A DNA stretch of 64,000 bases, taken from positions 6,144,001 to 6,208,000 of the forward strand of contig OY843751.1 of the NCBI GenBank assembly GCA_963693055.1, given 5' to 3'. The DNA comes from a bacterium. GTDB taxonomy: Bacteria > Zhuqueibacterota > Zhuqueibacteria > Residuimicrobiales > Krinioviventaceae. Positions 61,199-64,000 of this stretch are shown piece by piece (the first letter of the stretch is position 1; every line of letters starts with the position of its first letter). Made by a program: the position numbers and the translations under genes. A model generated the notes under the pieces. It made no database searches, had not been told where the DNA came from, and was given only the letters and a program-made list of their open reading frames with translations.

Positions 61199-62986
61199 AT
61201 GCAATCCGTGGATTATAGTATCATTGCGCTGTATTTTCTCGTCGTTCTTGCTTTTGGTTTCTGGTATCAGAAAAAAGCATCTCAAAATCTTGAATCTTAT
61301 TTTCTTGGCGGTAAAAACATTCACTGGCTGCCCCTGGCCATGTCCGGTTCGGTTTCCACATTTGATATAACCGGCACCATGTGGATCGTTTCCATTCTGT
61401 TCGTATTGGGGATGAAGTCCATGTGGCACCACTGGATGTGGGGATTTTACATGGCTGCGTTTTTTATGGCTTATATGGGCAAATGGGTGCGGCGTTCTAA
61501 TGTCATGACTGCTGCTGAATGGATGAAAACCCGATTTGGTGATGATACCGGTGGCAGGCTGGCGCGGACCGCTTATGCGATCATGGCCATTCTTACCCTG
61601 TGTAGTTTTATCGGTTACGCGTACCAGGGAATCGGCAAGTTTGCGTCGGTTTATATCTCTCTGGCACCGATTGCGGGGCTCTTTAATGCGTCCATGCAAT
61701 CCTGGATTCTTGCCCACCAACCCGATATTCTTGCGGTTCTGGTGATGGGAATTACCACACTTTATGTGATCCTTGGCGGCCTCTATAGCGTGGTGGTAAC
61801 AGATGTCATCCAAACCCTAGTGCTTACCCTTGGCAGTATATTCATTGCTTTTATTGCCTGGTCCAAGTTGGACCCCCAACTGCTTTCCAATCTGCCATCA
61901 GACTGGACGTCTTTACATATCCCCTGGCGAATTCCGGAGCAGAGCGGAGCGGAATTTGAATTTTTCGGTGCGCTGGTGATCGTCTGGGTCATGAAAGGAT
62001 TGCTGCTCAATGCCGGCGGTCCCGCACAGATGTATGACTTTCAGCGATTTTTGGCGGCGCGTCATCCCCGCGATGCCGCAAAAGTGGGCGCTGCCTGGAG
62101 TTTTTTCCTCATCGTTCGCTGGGCCATGACCATTGGTATAGCTCTGCTGGCACTTGCTGGTGTTACCGGAGTGACTGATTCAGAAAAGGTTATGCCTATT
62201 GTGTTGATGCAATACCTGCCAACAGGTATACGCGGACTCGTTATTGCGGGTTTGCTGGCGGCGTTCATGTCCACATTTAGCTCTATTGTCAACAGCGGTG
62301 CTTCGTTTGTTGTTAAAGACATCTGGGAAGTTTATATCAAACCCGGAGAATCAGAAGAGCAGAGTATCCGCATTAGTCGAGTTGCGTCTTTGCTGATTGT
62401 AATTGTGGGCCTGATTATCGGATTCTTTGCAACATCCATTGCCCAGATCTGGAGCTGGATCATGATGGCGCTGGGCGCGGGTGTGGTGGTACCCAATGTG
62501 TTGCGCTGGTATTGGTGGCGTCTGAACGGTTGGGGATATTCGTGGGGCACATTCGGCGGGATCCTCTTGTCGCTTATTGCCCTGATTTATCCTTCAATCC
62601 CTGTGTATATTGTATTCCCGGCCATCGCGATAACCTCACTGATTTTGTGCATTGTTGTATCCTATAAAACCGCTCCGGTAGAAGATTCCATGCTGGTTCA
62701 GTTTTACGACTCTGTGCGTCCTTTTGGCGCATGGAAACCGGTTCGTGGAAAATCAGAATTGAGTGAAACCGAATTGAACAATTTCTCCGAAAGCGGCAAG
62801 CTGTCAATAATCAATGTGTTGATTGCCATGGCTGCTGTAAGCGGATTGTATTTATCACCCATGTTTCTGGTGGGGCACTGGTATGGAAAGGCAATACTGT
62901 GGTTTATGGTTGCTGTAGTGAGCGCAGTTGTTTTGAAATTTACCTGGTATGATCACCTGCCACCTGCAGAAAATGAAACAAAGTGA
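61199..62986 (+). CDS. Sodium:solute symporter (SSS) family transporter
   Basis: YFLGG, EW...RFG, GG...VV.TD, QRFLA, AAFMST; many TM helices. Confidence 0.9.
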   Translation: MQSVDYSIIALYFLVVLAFGFWYQKKASQNLESYFLGGKNIHWLPLAMSGSVSTFDITGTMWIVSILFVLGMKSMWHHWMWGFYMAAFFMAYMGKWVRRSNVMTAAEWMKTRFGDDTGGRLARTAYAIMAILTLCSFIGYAYQGIGKFASVYISLAPIAGLFNASMQSWILAHQPDILAVLVMGITTLYVILGGLYSVVVTDVIQTLVLTLGSIFIAFIAWSKLDPQLLSNLPSDWTSLHIPWRIPEQSGAEFEFFGALVIVWVMKGLLLNAGGPAQMYDFQRFLAARHPRDAAKVGAAWSFFLIVRWAMTIGIALLALAGVTGVTDSEKVMPIVLMQYLPTGIRGLVIAGLLAAFMSTFSSIVNSGASFVVKDIWEVYIKPGESEEQSIRISRVASLLIVIVGLIIGFFATSIAQIWSWIMMALGAGVVVPNVLRWYWWRLNGWGYSWGTFGGILLSLIALIYPSIPVYIVFPAIAITSLILCIVVSYKTAPVEDSMLVQFYDSVRPFGAWKPVRGKSELSETELNNFSESGKLSIINVLIAMAAVSGLYLSPMFLVGHWYGKAILWFMVAVVSAVVLKFTWYDHLPPAENETK

Positions 62987-63000
62987 CAATTAAAAATTTG

Positions 63001-63642
63001 AACCACAAAGTTCGCAAAGAGAGAAAATAAAAAGTGTAAATTATGCCTGTATATAAAATGAGATTTATAATATCGATAGTGTTACATGGTAGTATTTAAG
63101 AGATTCATAATAATTTCTTGTGTCCTTTGGTTTTATTTTTACAAGTAGTTTTGAGAGTAATTATTAACCAAAACGAAAAATTTAAGTAAAAAAGTTTATT
63201 TAGTTACTAATTAGGGGGGTAAGATGAATGCAGACATTTTAGTTGAAAACCAATTGTCAAACCGTGTTATAGGATTGGCAATTGAGATACATAGAAATTT
63301 AGGACCGGGATTATTAGAGTCAGCCTATGAGCAATGTTTTTGTCATGAGTTAAAAATGCATGGAATCCGATTTGAAAATCAGGTTGAAATTCCGCTTGTA
63401 TATAAAGGATTAAATTTAGATTGTGTATATAGGGCGGATCTAATTGTAGAAAAGAAACTGGTCTTGGAAATCAAGGCAGTTGCATCTATTGAACCTATTC
63501 ATGAAGCGCAACTCATTACTTATTTAAAGTTAACATATCTTAAATTAGGTTTGATATTGAATTTTAACGAACGTTATTTAAAGGATGGAGTAAAGCGAAT
63601 AATTATGTCTTGATTCTTTGTGCTCTTTGCGGCTTTGTGGTT
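63001..63642. repeat. Imperfect inverted repeats bracketing the GxxExxY gene
   Basis: AACCACAAAGTTCGCAAAGAG (63001-63021) vs the reverse complement of 63616-63642, AACCACAAAGCCGCAAAGAGCACAAAG. Confidence 0.7.
63224..63613 (+). CDS. GxxExxY protein (PD-(D/E)XK nuclease-like)
   Basis: GPGLLESAY, RADLIVE...LEIKA, QL..YL. Confidence 0.93.
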   Translation: MNADILVENQLSNRVIGLAIEIHRNLGPGLLESAYEQCFCHELKMHGIRFENQVEIPLVYKGLNLDCVYRADLIVEKKLVLEIKAVASIEPIHEAQLITYLKLTYLKLGLILNFNERYLKDGVKRIIMS

Positions 63643-63677
63643 ATATCTATTATAAAATGTTTAAAAAAGGAATTGTC

Positions 63678-64000
63678 ATGAAAAAGTCACTTTGGTTATT
63701 ACTGTCATTGTTTATCGTCCTGTCATCGTTGTCATGTTCTACGGCTCCTAAAGAACCGGTGGAATATGTCAACATGTTTGCCGGTACATCAAGCTGCCGC
63801 TGGATGCTTTTCCCTGGGGTTACCATGCCTTTTGGAATGGTCAAGCTCAGTCCCGATAATTATGATGCGCATGCGTTGGATACCGGCTATGAATATTCCA
63901 TTGAAAGTTACAGCGGATTCAGTTTTATTCATGCCTGGCATGTAAGCAGTTTTATCAATATGCCGGTGACCGGAGATGTAAAAACCGTCCCCGGCGCCGA
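63678..64000 (+). CDS. GH92 (alpha-mannosidase family) lipoprotein, N-terminal part; runs off the window
   Basis: AAGG SD; MKKSLW...LSC, YVNMFAGT, FPG...PFGMVKLSPD, GY.Y, GFS..H. Confidence 0.85.
   Translation, partial: MKKSLWLLLSLFIVLSSLSCSTAPKEPVEYVNMFAGTSSCRWMLFPGVTMPFGMVKLSPDNYDAHALDTGYEYSIESYSGFSFIHAWHVSSFINMPVTGDVKTVPGA

Noticed and set aside
1-64000. Many 60-230-aa ORFs nested in or antisense to long genes; rRNA, tRNA and prophage genes
   Set aside because: The nested ORFs have no motifs or SD support; no rRNA or tRNA signatures or phage hallmark genes were recognised by eye

Overview
Bacterial chromosomal window. Several secreted proteins end in 'YPNPFN..FlgD-Ig' (T9SS type-A-like) C-terminal domains, a PorV-like barrel is present, and GGAG Shine-Dalgarno sites are clear. 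I infer an FCB-group organism outside Bacteroidota, such as KSB1 or Calditrichota. The window holds cell-envelope and secretion genes, rlmD, anmK, a hisN-like phosphatase, a tryptophanase-like lyase, sulfatases, DUF1080 proteins, SSS transporters, a ZraSR-like sigma54 two-component system with a visible promoter and enhancer, two toxin-antitoxin-type pairs, a GxxExxY gene and the start of a GH92 gene. Mobile DNA is abundant: an intact IS4-family element (9-bp TSD) splitting a large secreted protein gene, an IS5-type element (5-bp TSD), a 120-bp MITE-like element and several REP-like palindrome families. The strongest novelty candidate is a 1873-bp element at 24692-26564. It has 20-bp terminal inverted repeats and a TAA duplication, sits exactly at a stop codon, and encodes only two paralogous DUF1670-like multi-HTH proteins with no recognisable transposase, plus a structured 3' non-coding region. 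No rRNA, tRNA or CRISPR array was seen. All family calls come from motif recognition by eye, not from database searches.
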